A stretch of DNA of 62,820 nucleotides from contig QGNN01000004.1 in NCBI GenBank assembly GCA_003228105.1, positions 1 through 62,820 of the forward strand, in the 5' to 3' direction. A program made the position numbers and the translations under genes. The notes beneath the pieces were generated by a model that did no database searches, was not told where the DNA came from, and saw only the letters and a program-made list of their open reading frames with translations. The first letter of the stretch is position 1. Each line of letters starts with the position of its first letter. Source of the DNA: Chloroflexota bacterium. GTDB lineage: Bacteria > Chloroflexota > Dehalococcoidia > Lucifugimonadales > UBA826. Shown here piece by piece: positions 50,655 to 60,950 of this stretch.

Positions 50655-50822
50655 ATGCTGCTCCGTTGCTGCTGAATTTATCCGAGTTTAACACTTTACA
50701 CCATATAATCCAACAGGTTTTTTTAAATGCCTTGATATTGTACTTAAGACAAGTGGTCTAATTAATTTAGGGTACAATTGAGACCTAAAAGGCTAAGACT
50801 TTTCAAGAGGTTTCCACACCAT

Positions 50823-51953
50823 ATGACATTATTATTACATTCATGGGAATTTGTAAGATATGACGTAACTAAAAACACCTCCTGGTATTTTGTTTGTATT
50901 AAAGATTCTTCTGGGCGAGATACTCATGTTGAGTTCACTAAAGACATTGAATCTGATGAGGTGGGAAGGTTGATACATGAAATGCTTAATAAATTTAGAT
51001 CAGAAGAGCTGCCAAGAGAAAAATCGCTGGAAAAAAGCCTAGGATTGTCACAGCCAGTAGAAAATGGCTCCGCCATGGCAGCGGCCATAAGTTCGGTTCG
51101 GAGTGCAATTAGTCAATTGCGTTCTATGGAAAGAAGTTTACCTTTATGTGAATACATGAGCGGAAAACCTCCTGGATTTATTGATTTATATGCCAACATT
51201 AATAGGGGACTATTTTCAACCGATCGATTACCCAATGATTTTGCAAAAGCGGCTTATAAAGCTGTGCACAGAGGGTTCAAAGTGATCAAATGCGCCCCGT
51301 TTGATGAGGTCACCCACCCCAATCCTCGAGATATAAATGGTGTTGTCAAGAACGGATTAAGCAGGCTTTCAGCCGTCAGGGAAAGTGTTGGAGCGGACGT
51401 GGAAATTCTCGTTGATTGCCATGGTAGATTTGAAGAATCATCATCTAAGATTGTAGCCGCTCTAGTCCAACCGATAGGGATTGGTTGGTTTGAAGAACCT
51501 TTGGATCCGATCAATTATCCTGAACGTTTAGCTTGTATTTCTAAAGAAATAGCCATCCCATTAGCAGGAGGTGAATCCGGGTACGGAGAAGAATTCTTCG
51601 ATTCCCTTGCCCAACTTGGGTCAGTCCAAACCGTCATGCCAGATATTAAATACTGTGGTGGTGTTCAGGAAGCTGTTCGAATCGCTAATAACGCTCACGA
51701 TAACGGTATAAATTTCTCCCCTCATTGTCCGTCCGGACCAATATCTCTTCTCGCCTCAGCCCATGTTTGCGCGTCATTAAATAAAAAGGTATTACTGGAA
51801 CATGCGATAGAAGAAATTGACTACAGGCATGAATTGTTATCTCCACATGAGATTGTACGGAATGGCCGTATTGAGATGCCGACGGGTATTGGGTTAGGGG
51901 CTTCCCTATCAAAGACGGCTCTCAAAAAATATGGTGAATACTTTTCATTCTAG
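50823..51953 (+). CDS. enolase superfamily, mandelate racemase/galactonate dehydratase-like enzyme
   Basis: KCAPF, DCHGRF, WFEEP, GGE, MPDIKYCGG, PHCPSGP, LEH; start uncertain (50778 TTG or 50823 ATG). Confidence 0.85.
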   Translation: MTLLLHSWEFVRYDVTKNTSWYFVCIKDSSGRDTHVEFTKDIESDEVGRLIHEMLNKFRSEELPREKSLEKSLGLSQPVENGSAMAAAISSVRSAISQLRSMERSLPLCEYMSGKPPGFIDLYANINRGLFSTDRLPNDFAKAAYKAVHRGFKVIKCAPFDEVTHPNPRDINGVVKNGLSRLSAVRESVGADVEILVDCHGRFEESSSKIVAALVQPIGIGWFEEPLDPINYPERLACISKEIAIPLAGGESGYGEEFFDSLAQLGSVQTVMPDIKYCGGVQEAVRIANNAHDNGINFSPHCPSGPISLLASAHVCASLNKKVLLEHAIEEIDYRHELLSPHEIVRNGRIEMPTGIGLGASLSKTALKKYGEYFSF

Positions 51954-51970
51954 CGTCAGTGATAACGGGG

Positions 51971-53329
51971 TTATTTTTCAGCCAGCATGTCATAAGCCAA
52001 ATGTAGCATGACTTTCGCTCCACTGACTAGGCTTTTGATTCCTATAGATTCATCTGTCCCATGGGCTTTACTGAGCATCGGATCGTCGTCTGGGTGAGAC
52101 CCTGTAAATCCGTAAGTAGTTACCCCTAAGGGCCTGGTAAACCTAGAATCCGTGAATCCAGTGCTAATAGCCGGAACAAACTGCACGTCCTCTCGGTCTA
52201 CAGCTTTTTTAGTAGCCTCACGCAAGCTGGTCATGAGCTCGGTTTCAAATGGAGATGAATTAGGAACAGCCATATAATCTATGGAATATTCCACTCCAGG
52301 TATCCCATCTAATATTTTATCCAGCCCATCTCTGAGGTAATCGTCGCTCTGGTGGGGTAACGTTCTCACGTCACAAGTGAGCCTAATTTGTTCCGGTACA
52401 CTATTTGATTTAATTCCTCCATTAATCATAGTTGGAGTTATTGTCATTCTTGATAAAGCACGAAGCATGGATGCGAACCTTGGGTTCTCTTCTTCTTGCT
52501 CTTTAATAATTTCATCTACGTTATCGGATGACGGTTTGTGTTCGATCGCGAATGTGGACAAATGTTCAAACAGGCTGGTGGAAGTATCTCTTTCTGCCTC
52601 GTATTCTTCTAGTCTATTAAGGACTTGAGACAATCTAAAAAGGGCGTTTGTTCCTTGCCATGGAACCGACGCATGTGAACTAACCCCTTTCACATCTATT
52701 TCGATTTGTAATCGGCCTTTTTCGCCGACCCCTAAAACATATGTTAATGACCCTGCAGCCTCAATAGGGGATCCTCCTCCCTCGTTAACAGCGAATGGGG
52801 CCTGTAATTTCTCTGGGTAGTTTTCTGCCAACCATCCAAATCCATATCTTCCTCCATGCTCTTCATCAGCACCTGAAATTAAGGATAACCCGTCTTTTAA
52901 AACCACTCCATTTTGCTTTAACACCTTCATGGCCATCAATTGTGCCGAAAGGAGACCTTTGCAATCTGAGGCCCCCCGGCCGTAGATTCGACCCTGATGT
53001 ATCTCTGCACTGAATGGAGGAAAGGTCCATTTATCCTCGTCTTCCACGGGCACAACATCTGTGTGCGACATGAATAAAAGGCCAAGATCGCCAGAAGTCC
53101 CATCGATGTTGGCAATAATATTCCCTCTGTTCGGTGATGATTCTAAGATTTCAGATTCTATCCCTGCTTTAGATAGCCAGCCTGATATGTATTTGCATAC
53201 TGGAGTTTCGTCGCCTGTAGGCATAAACCCAGTATTAACTGACGGAATTCGAACTAAAGCCTGTTCTAAGGCTATAAGATCTTCTTCTAAATCATCGATT
53301 TGCTTAAGCATTTGATCAAGGTTTGTCAT
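51971..53329 (-). CDS. M20/M25/M40 family metallo-hydrolase
   Basis: SHTDVVP, GRGASDCK, DEEHGG, HGTDE. Confidence 0.9.
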   Translation of the reverse strand: MTNLDQMLKQIDDLEEDLIALEQALVRIPSVNTGFMPTGDETPVCKYISGWLSKAGIESEILESSPNRGNIIANIDGTSGDLGLLFMSHTDVVPVEDEDKWTFPPFSAEIHQGRIYGRGASDCKGLLSAQLMAMKVLKQNGVVLKDGLSLISGADEEHGGRYGFGWLAENYPEKLQAPFAVNEGGGSPIEAAGSLTYVLGVGEKGRLQIEIDVKGVSSHASVPWQGTNALFRLSQVLNRLEEYEAERDTSTSLFEHLSTFAIEHKPSSDNVDEIIKEQEEENPRFASMLRALSRMTITPTMINGGIKSNSVPEQIRLTCDVRTLPHQSDDYLRDGLDKILDGIPGVEYSIDYMAVPNSSPFETELMTSLREATKKAVDREDVQFVPAISTGFTDSRFTRPLGVTTYGFTGSHPDDDPMLSKAHGTDESIGIKSLVSGAKVMLHLAYDMLAEK

Positions 53330-53352
53330 TTTGTCACCTACACACAGTATTT

Positions 53353-53889
53353 TTATATTGTCGTTTCTAGAGCCAATAAAAGTGCGATGCTCTTGGCGTC
53401 TTGTATTTCTCCCAACCTTATGAGTTTTTGTATTCTTCTAACAGGTATTTTTTCAACTGAAATATCTTCGTCGAAATCTTGGGGCAGCCTTTTCTCTACT
53501 AAATCTTGAGCTAAATAGCCATAAATGTATTCATCCGTAAAACCGGGGCTTGTCCAGAATCCAAATAATAGCCTAAGATTTCGTGAAGTGTATCCTACCT
53601 CTTCTTGGAGCTCACGGATGGCGGCTATTTCCGGTTCTTCTCCGATTTCTATAATTCCAGCCGGCACTTCCAAAAGGTCACTTTTTGCTGGGTGTCTATA
53701 TTGTCGGACAAGAAGTACATTATTCTCCGAATCCACCGGAACAATAGCGACGGCCGGTCTGTGTTCGACGACCTCTCTAGAGGCTTTGACCCCGGTTTTT
53801 AGCAGCACATTATCAAGTTTCACATTTATAATACTACCCTGATAAATTCTCTTACTGTCTATGGTTCGGTCAAGATCAACATTTTCCAT
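53353..53889 (-). CDS. nudF: NUDIX hydrolase (ADP-ribose pyrophosphatase-like)
   Basis: QYRH, PAG..E....AAIRELQEEVG Nudix box, SPGF.DE; start moved to the ATG at 53889. Confidence 0.8.
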   Translation of the reverse strand: MENVDLDRTIDSKRIYQGSIINVKLDNVLLKTGVKASREVVEHRPAVAIVPVDSENNVLLVRQYRHPAKSDLLEVPAGIIEIGEEPEIAAIRELQEEVGYTSRNLRLLFGFWTSPGFTDEYIYGYLAQDLVEKRLPQDFDEDISVEKIPVRRIQKLIRLGEIQDAKSIALLLALETTI

Positions 53890-53896
53890 ATTTTGC

Positions 53897-54796
53897 CTAC
53901 TCCCCCGGATCTTCCGGTGGACGTTGTGATCTGTATGCGAGGCCAAGCCGCATATTCAAGGCGGTATAAAAGAAATCTGGTTTTTCTGAACGTAAGAACC
54001 TGGCATTATAGGGACTTTTCTTTACTATAACCTTTTCTCCTGGGTCCACATCTGAATCGACAAATCCATCTGCGCTGATCGATGCCAAATAATTCTTGGA
54101 AGCCTGAAGCTCAACGGTTGATTTTGGGTGGAGTACCAGAGCATCCCGAAGGCCTGTATGTGCTGCAACCGGTTGCAATATCATCATTTGAGCTTCAGGA
54201 AAAACTATGGGCCCTCCAGCCGAAAGGGCATATCCTGTGCTTCCAGTCGCAGTAGATACAATTACAGCATCAGCTCTGTAGTTGGTTAAATGGACATGGT
54301 TTACAGAAGCTTCAAGTTCTACCAGTCTGGAGACTTTTCTGCTTCCAACTGTGATGTCATTTAAGGCATGAACGGATAGTCTGGGGTCCCCACCTTCTGT
54401 AGGAATTACATCAGCTTGCAGCATCATTCGTTTTTCAGTTCTTATACCGTTATCGATGCCTTTTCCCGATTGGTAATTTATGTATTTGGGAAGTGCTGAA
54501 ATGGCCTCTTCTGGTGCTAATTCCGCTATAAACCCCACCTTCCCCATTTTTATGCCAACGACAGGGAGCTCATAAGGACTTATTACTCTTACAGATCTTA
54601 ATATGGTTCCGTCACCGCCTACCACAATAACCAAGCTCGTTTCTTTTAGTTTTTCTGAGTACTCAGAAAAACTTCCTGCTGAACTTAACCATGAAACATT
54701 TGCTATTCCTAATGAATCTATGATTTCTTTAGCCTTGACCTCTGTGGCAGGCATTTGAGAGTTGTATATGAAGGCAATCAATTTATTTTTTGACAT
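53897..54796 (-). CDS. nadK: NAD kinase
   Basis: GGDGT, LND, TATGSTGYALSAGGP. Confidence 0.93.
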   Translation of the reverse strand: MSKNKLIAFIYNSQMPATEVKAKEIIDSLGIANVSWLSSAGSFSEYSEKLKETSLVIVVGGDGTILRSVRVISPYELPVVGIKMGKVGFIAELAPEEAISALPKYINYQSGKGIDNGIRTEKRMMLQADVIPTEGGDPRLSVHALNDITVGSRKVSRLVELEASVNHVHLTNYRADAVIVSTATGSTGYALSAGGPIVFPEAQMMILQPVAAHTGLRDALVLHPKSTVELQASKNYLASISADGFVDSDVDPGEKVIVKKSPYNARFLRSEKPDFFYTALNMRLGLAYRSQRPPEDPGE

Positions 54797-54865
54797 GAGC
54801 CCAACAGATATATAAGTGTTTATCGGTTTTTAAGTATCTATAGTATAAATACTAACTTATTTGGG

Positions 54866-56335
54866 TTAACCGATTAGGGTGTTTATAGCATCACGAGCTA
54901 ATTCGATAATAGGTTTCGGGAAAAAACCAAAAAAAACAGTACCGGAAATAGCTATGACAGATGCGGAGAGTACTCCCAAACTCGGATGTATTTTATGTGT
55001 TTCATCTGGGCTATCTATGAACATAGTCTTAACTATTCTTAGGTAATAATAGGCCGATACAACGCTATTAACGACCCCAACAATGGCTAGCCAGGTAAGA
55101 TTGGTTTCAACGGCTGCTCCAAATAGATAGATTTTTGCCATAAATCCTATTGTAGGTGGTATTCCGATGAGAGATATCATTGAAACAGTCATTATTACTG
55201 CTAGGGTCGGGGATTTTTTAATAAGACCGGCAAAAGAGTCGATCGAATCATCACCAGAATCTTCTGAGACTGCCGTTATCACCGCAAACGCTGCGAGGTT
55301 AGTAAACGTGTATCCAGCCAGGTATACAAGGATTCCAACGGGTCCTGAGGTGTTCAGCGTTGTGTTGCCTGCCATCGCCGCTAACCCCACCATGATATAG
55401 CCTGCCTGAGCTATGGTACTGTAGGCTAACATTCTCTTGATGTTGTTTTGTTTTATAGCTATTAGGTTTCCAACAGACATTGAAATCGCGCTCAAAACTG
55501 CCATCATGCTGGCCCAGTCGGAAGACAGGGTCTCATTTTCAAAAACTGTATATAGGATTCTAAGAATTATGGCGAATCCTGCTGCCTTGCTGGCTACAGA
55601 AAGAAACCCCGTTATGGGGGTGGGGGCGCCTTCATAAACATCTGGAGCCCACATTTGAAATGGGACTGCAGAAATTTTGAATCCGAACCCGGCTGTTATC
55701 AAAATCACACTGAATAAAAGAATCCCGTTATCTGTTACCTGTCCTGAGGTGGAAAGGTGATTTGCTATTACAGTTCCTATTTCGGATAAATAGGTAGTGC
55801 CAGTGAATCCATAAATTAGCACCATTCCGTAGAGAAGAACCGCAGAGCTAACTGCGCTCAATATGAGGAATTTAACACCGGATTCAGCCGATTTCTTCTC
55901 CCTTATAAATGCTGCTAGTGCTGCTGTAGGAAGAGCAGTCAATTCCAAGGCAATGTATATAGTGATCAATTCTATGGCTGATGTTAGTAGCATCATTCCA
56001 GTGGCTGATAAAAGAATGAGTGAATAGTACTCGCCTTGATGTTTGTCGAATCTTTTCGCATAGGTCGTGGACGAGAGGATTACTAACCCTGTCGCAAGGA
56101 TAATGACATATTTGAAAAATACGCTGAAATCATCTACTTTGACGGTTCCATTGAATCCAATGCTCGGATTATCTCGCACCATAATACAAAAACATAACGG
56201 TGCTAATAAGCCGATTAGAGACAGTGGAGCCAAAAGTTTTTTGTTAGATGAAAACAAATCCACAATTATTATTATGCTAGCTAATAAGGCCATGCTAATT
56301 TCGGGGGCTATCAAAATTATGTCAGCGTAATTCAT
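54866..56335 (-). CDS. nuoN: NADH-quinone oxidoreductase subunit N
   Basis: FKISAVPFQMWAPDVYEGAP, KRMLAYS; operon order. Confidence 0.95.
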   Translation of the reverse strand: MNYADIILIAPEISMALLASIIIIVDLFSSNKKLLAPLSLIGLLAPLCFCIMVRDNPSIGFNGTVKVDDFSVFFKYVIILATGLVILSSTTYAKRFDKHQGEYYSLILLSATGMMLLTSAIELITIYIALELTALPTAALAAFIREKKSAESGVKFLILSAVSSAVLLYGMVLIYGFTGTTYLSEIGTVIANHLSTSGQVTDNGILLFSVILITAGFGFKISAVPFQMWAPDVYEGAPTPITGFLSVASKAAGFAIILRILYTVFENETLSSDWASMMAVLSAISMSVGNLIAIKQNNIKRMLAYSTIAQAGYIMVGLAAMAGNTTLNTSGPVGILVYLAGYTFTNLAAFAVITAVSEDSGDDSIDSFAGLIKKSPTLAVIMTVSMISLIGIPPTIGFMAKIYLFGAAVETNLTWLAIVGVVNSVVSAYYYLRIVKTMFIDSPDETHKIHPSLGVLSASVIAISGTVFFGFFPKPIIELARDAINTLIG

Positions 56336-57813
56336 TAATTAGTTCCCGTCATATTTAGCATTTGTGTTATGCCTTCGGTGAAAACATCAGACACAAATGC
56401 TGGATATATACCTATACCTATTATTGAAGTGATAAGTAGTGCTATAGGGATGACTTGCACCGCAGTAGCATCACCAATTTGTTCGAACCGTTCTCTTTCA
56501 GGTCCAAACATGGATCTTTGAATCATCCATAGTATGTATGCAGCCGTCAGTACTAATCCGAAGGCAGCTATTATCGTCGCTAATTTAAAGGCTGGGAAAG
56601 CTCCTAGGAAGATAGTTACCTCTGATACAAAGCCGCTTGTTCCTGGTAGTCCCAAAGATGCTAACCCCGCAACTACAAGCGATACTGTGAAAACTGGCAT
56701 TCTACGGGCCAAACCTCCTAGGTCTGGTATGTGTCTAGTGTGAGTCCTCTCATAGATAAATCCTATTGTTAAAAATAAAAGTCCCGTGATAGTTCCATGG
56801 GTAAACATTTGCAAGGCGGCACCTGTCAATGCAAGAGAGGTGATTCCACCGCCAAAAGCTGACAGGCCTAATAAAACGAAACCCATGTGGCTGACACTAC
56901 TATATGCAATGAGCCTCTTGAGATCTGTTTGTCGTATTGTTATTGCTGCACCATAGATAATATTTATTACCCCTAATAGGGCCAATACCCAAGCGTATTT
57001 TTCAAGCTGGTCAGGGAACATGCCCGCAGATACTCGTAAAAGCCCATAGCCACCCATTTTTAAAAGTACTCCTGCCAACATTACGCTTGCAGCAGTCGGG
57101 GCGTCGGTATGAGCATCGGGTAGCCAGGTATGTAAAGGGAATACTGGTAGTTTTACCGCAAAGCCTATGCTCATGAATAAGAAGAGCAATCCAACAGGCA
57201 TTATTAAGTTCGAGGATGGGAGTGATTCAGATATCTTAGTCATATCGAAGGTGCCAGTACCTGCGAATATAACCAAAATTCCAATTAGCATGAAAGCGCT
57301 TCCAAGAATAGTAAAAATTAAAAACTTCATGGCGGAGTATTCTTTTCTTCCGGTACCCCAAATGGATATTAAGAAGAACATTGGAATCAACTCTAGCTCC
57401 CAAAAAAGGAAAAAAAGCAAGAAATCCATTGAGGTAAATACCCCTATTACCGCCCCTTGTAGCAAGAGGAGCCACATGAAATGTTCTTTAGTTCTTTCAG
57501 TTATGTTCCATGATGCGAAGATTGCGACGATTCCTAACAGCCCTGTAAGCAAAATGAGTGGTGCACTTATTCCATCGACAGATAGGAAATATTGAACTGG
57601 AAATGATTCAGGGAACCATGAAGTTATTTTTTCAGAAAAATCGTACCCATTTTGTCTATGGGCAATGAAAATGTAGCCTGTGACTACCAGTTCAAGTGCT
57701 GAGGCTATAACCGCGAATCCACGGGCCGTTTTCCCAGTCAAAAAAACAGCCACAATCACCGCTGAGATAAACGGCAAAAAGATGGCTATGCTTAGTATTC
57801 CAGGTATTTCCAC
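56335..57813 (-). CDS. nuoM: NADH-quinone oxidoreductase subunit M
   Basis: VKLPVFPLHTWLPDAH, LLKMG, AYSSVSHMG. Confidence 0.95.
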   Translation of the reverse strand: MEIPGILSIAIFLPFISAVIVAVFLTGKTARGFAVIASALELVVTGYIFIAHRQNGYDFSEKITSWFPESFPVQYFLSVDGISAPLILLTGLLGIVAIFASWNITERTKEHFMWLLLLQGAVIGVFTSMDFLLFFLFWELELIPMFFLISIWGTGRKEYSAMKFLIFTILGSAFMLIGILVIFAGTGTFDMTKISESLPSSNLIMPVGLLFLFMSIGFAVKLPVFPLHTWLPDAHTDAPTAASVMLAGVLLKMGGYGLLRVSAGMFPDQLEKYAWVLALLGVINIIYGAAITIRQTDLKRLIAYSSVSHMGFVLLGLSAFGGGITSLALTGAALQMFTHGTITGLLFLTIGFIYERTHTRHIPDLGGLARRMPVFTVSLVVAGLASLGLPGTSGFVSEVTIFLGAFPAFKLATIIAAFGLVLTAAYILWMIQRSMFGPERERFEQIGDATAVQVIPIALLITSIIGIGIYPAFVSDVFTEGITQMLNMTGTN

Positions 57814-57825
57814 AGATTCTCCTAA

Positions 57826-59856
57826 TTACATTCCAAATATATATACAGCGGCTATGATGACTATTCCAACTGATGTGACAGTCGCGTACATTTGGGTTTG
57901 GCCAGTTTGCAATTCTCTTATCAGACTACCGAAATTAATACCAATCCACCCCACAATATTCACGGTACGGTCTACTATGTTTCGATCGATCCAGTCAGAG
58001 GTCTGTGCTATTCCGCGATAATAAATTCTGCCGGTTATGAATTTTTCATATACTTCATCGACATAATATTTGTTTAGAAATAGGGTATATATAGGGTCGG
58101 TAACTCTGCCCATCGTTGCTGGGGACAAATAAGGATTCCGCTTATACATTGCCCATGCTAGAAGTATTCCCAGTAGGGCAATCAACGAGGAAATAATGGC
58201 CAGTAATGGGTCAAAAGCTGGAGGGGGAGGCAAGTGCAGGCTGTGCTCCAATTTATGTGTGAACCAGTGGGCAGGGATACTTCCAAAGTCTTTTATAGGG
58301 TTCACTAGAAACCCTATAATCACAGCTGGGATTGCGAGTATGATCATGGGTAAAACCATAGGGAATGGTGATTCGGCAAGATGGACCGGCCCATGGGCTT
58401 GAGCTTCAGGATCCTTATCTGAGCCTCCCCGAAAATCACCTTCAAATGTCATAAATAGGGCCCTAAACATATAAAAGGCCGTCATGAATACCGCAATAAG
58501 TGCTAATACGAATCCCATCATACTTACGCTTAGCAAATCTCCATGCTTGAAGGCATTCAAAAGGATTTCATCTTTACTCCAGAACCCTGCTAGCGGGAAT
58601 ATGCCTGCAAGACTCAGACTTCCAATGAGGAATGTAATATAGGTTATTGGCATTTTGCTTCGTAATCCACCCATATAACGCATATCAAACGTCCCAGTTG
58701 CGTGATTGACACTACCAGACCCTAAAAATAAAAGCGCCTTGAAGAAAGCATGAGTAAATAGGTGGAAGATAGCCGGTCCGTATGCACCAACCCCGAGGGC
58801 CAGCATCATGTAGCCCAATTGGCTAACAGTCGAATAGGCGAGTACTCTCTTTATGTCGTTGGAAACTAGTCCCATTGTTGCCGCGAATATGGCTGTAACC
58901 CCTCCAATGATGGTTACTACCATCATTGCGTCTGGGGAAGCTTCAAAAATCGGAAAGAACCGAGCTACTAAGAAAACTCCAGCCGTAACCATAGTTGCTG
59001 CGTGAATGAGAGCACTTACTGGAGTAGGTCCTTCCATGGCATCAGGTAGCCATGTGTGAAGGGGGAATTGGCCTGATTTGCCTATAGCACCAACGAACAT
59101 TCCCAACGCTATTAAAGTCAGCGCCCCTGCGGTGATTACTCCTGCGTCGACAAGTCCAGGTAGGTTGGCATTGATGACTGAAATCTCTAAATAATTGACA
59201 CTTTCTGTAAACGTTTTGAAGAATAAATACATTAAAGCAATAAGAAATCCAAAGTCTCCCACTCTGGTGACAATGAATGCTTTTTTCGCCGCCGCCGCTG
59301 CCGCCGGTCTATGAAACCAGAACCCAATTAGGAGGTATGAACATAGCCCGACCAATTCCCAAAACACGAACAGTTGAACCACATTCGCTGCCATAACTAG
59401 GCCAAGCATGGATGCTGTAAACAAAGACATGTAAGCAAAATATCTAGCATATACAGGGTTACCTAATTCCTCGGGACCGTGATGCTCGGCATTTTCTGAT
59501 CCATGGTTTGGAGGTTTCATGTATCCCATGGAATATATTTGGACCATTAGGCTCACGCCTGTAACTACCACAAGCATCACTGCAGTTAAAGGGTCCATTA
59601 GAATTCCGACAGTGAAATGAAAATTCCCAATTTCTAACCAGGAATTAGGTTCTGACACTAGGTTATGATTACTGTTTGTCGCGACCTCAAAGAATGTTAG
59701 TAGAGATAAAATGAATGAAATGCCAATTGAAACAATAGCAATTGGACCTGATATATATGAATAGGAATTAAAAAACGGGCGTACAAGAAGAGCCAAAACA
59801 CAGAACGAGGCTAAAGGAATAAAAAATATTGCCCAGATTAGTTGCTCGTTAATCAT
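57826..59856 (-). CDS. nuoL: NADH-quinone oxidoreductase subunit L
   Basis: GKSGQFPLHTWLPDAMEGPTPVSALIHAATMV, HAFFKALLF. Confidence 0.96.
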   Translation of the reverse strand: MINEQLIWAIFFIPLASFCVLALLVRPFFNSYSYISGPIAIVSIGISFILSLLTFFEVATNSNHNLVSEPNSWLEIGNFHFTVGILMDPLTAVMLVVVTGVSLMVQIYSMGYMKPPNHGSENAEHHGPEELGNPVYARYFAYMSLFTASMLGLVMAANVVQLFVFWELVGLCSYLLIGFWFHRPAAAAAAKKAFIVTRVGDFGFLIALMYLFFKTFTESVNYLEISVINANLPGLVDAGVITAGALTLIALGMFVGAIGKSGQFPLHTWLPDAMEGPTPVSALIHAATMVTAGVFLVARFFPIFEASPDAMMVVTIIGGVTAIFAATMGLVSNDIKRVLAYSTVSQLGYMMLALGVGAYGPAIFHLFTHAFFKALLFLGSGSVNHATGTFDMRYMGGLRSKMPITYITFLIGSLSLAGIFPLAGFWSKDEILLNAFKHGDLLSVSMMGFVLALIAVFMTAFYMFRALFMTFEGDFRGGSDKDPEAQAHGPVHLAESPFPMVLPMIILAIPAVIIGFLVNPIKDFGSIPAHWFTHKLEHSLHLPPPPAFDPLLAIISSLIALLGILLAWAMYKRNPYLSPATMGRVTDPIYTLFLNKYYVDEVYEKFITGRIYYRGIAQTSDWIDRNIVDRTVNIVGWIGINFGSLIRELQTGQTQMYATVTSVGIVIIAAVYIFGM

Positions 59857-59859
59857 AAT

Positions 59860-60054
59860 TTAAAGTTTCCTAAGTATTTCATCAGCTACGTGTTCCCGTC
59901 CTTTAGGCACGTATATTTTGAAACCGATATTTTCCGCCCACGAGGTAATATCCCCGTCAGGAAGTATTTTGGTAGGAAGTCCTTCCGACTCGAAGGTGTC
60001 TTTCCACATTTCTGCGGTCACCAAATTAGGAGCGTATTTGTATTCTATCCACAT
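59860..60054 (-). CDS. small DUF2007-like protein inside the nuo operon
   Basis: Fills the nuoK-nuoL gap with 5- and 3-nt spacers; A....AE.....LESEG.P...IYVP....A.EIL-like pattern. Confidence 0.75.
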   Translation of the reverse strand: MWIEYKYAPNLVTAEMWKDTFESEGLPTKILPDGDITSWAENIGFKIYVPKGREHVADEILRKL

Positions 60055-60059
60055 AAAAT

Positions 60060-60401
60060 CTATCTACTCAGTTCCTTTGCATCAGTTATCAAAACTGATT
60101 GTCTGGTTCGATAAATCGCAATGATTATTGCCAGACCAAGGGCTACCTCGGCAGCAGCCACAGTGATGATAAATACCGTAAATACATGTCCTGTAAGTAA
60201 AAATCTAGAGGCAGCTTCAAAAGTGTCAGGCACTGTGTATGGGACTGTGTATCTTGATAAAGCAACTGCAGTGACATTGACCCCGTTGAACATTATTTCT
60301 AAAGACATTAAAACTGCTATCGCATGTTTTTTAGAAAGCACGCCGTATAAGCCAATTCCGAACAATATAGCGCCAAGTATCAAAAATCTTTCAAGTGTCA
60401 T
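60060..60401 (-). CDS. nuoK: NADH-quinone oxidoreductase subunit K
   Basis: LMSLEIMFN, VAAAEVALGLAI. Confidence 0.95.
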   Translation of the reverse strand: MTLERFLILGAILFGIGLYGVLSKKHAIAVLMSLEIMFNGVNVTAVALSRYTVPYTVPDTFEAASRFLLTGHVFTVFIITVAAAEVALGLAIIIAIYRTRQSVLITDAKELSR

Positions 60402-60950
60402 TTATCGATCCCTCACCAAGGCTAGCGCACCCAGTGCCGCAGCAAGTAGTAGAACAGATACCATTTCAAAAGCTAGCACAAAATCGGTTAATAACATTTT
60501 GGCTAAGTAGGGGATTGATTCCTTGAAAAATACTGTCGCGGCCACTTTCTGCTGTTCAGCATCTAAGTTTTCACTTATCAGCCTCCCATTCCAGTCTGTA
60601 TCTTGCGTGATAACGTAATATGCAAACAGGATGAATATTATTGCCACGATAGCAACTGGAACTCTGAAACTGTGGGATGGATTTCCCTCTTCAAGATCTC
60701 GGGTCATTAATATTGCGAATATTATAAGAACCGATATAGCTCCCACATAGACCATAAGTTGAACCCCAGCCAAGAATTCTGCTCCTAGTAGAATAAACAA
60801 CCCTGCCACTCCCAATAATGTAACGATCAGGAAAAGTGCAGATCTGAATAAATCTTGAATTTGGACGACCGCAATTGCCGAGATGAGAGTGCAGACAGAT
60901 AGAATCCAGAATGCCAATTCTATGGCAAATGGTTCTGTAGTCAGAGTCAT
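60402..60950 (-). CDS. nuoJ: NADH-quinone oxidoreductase subunit J
   Basis: AEFLAGVQLMVYVGAI, FE..SVLLL; ATGA overlap with the nuoI stop. Confidence 0.93.
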   Translation of the reverse strand: MTLTTEPFAIELAFWILSVCTLISAIAVVQIQDLFRSALFLIVTLLGVAGLFILLGAEFLAGVQLMVYVGAISVLIIFAILMTRDLEEGNPSHSFRVPVAIVAIIFILFAYYVITQDTDWNGRLISENLDAEQQKVAATVFFKESIPYLAKMLLTDFVLAFEMVSVLLLAAALGALALVRDR

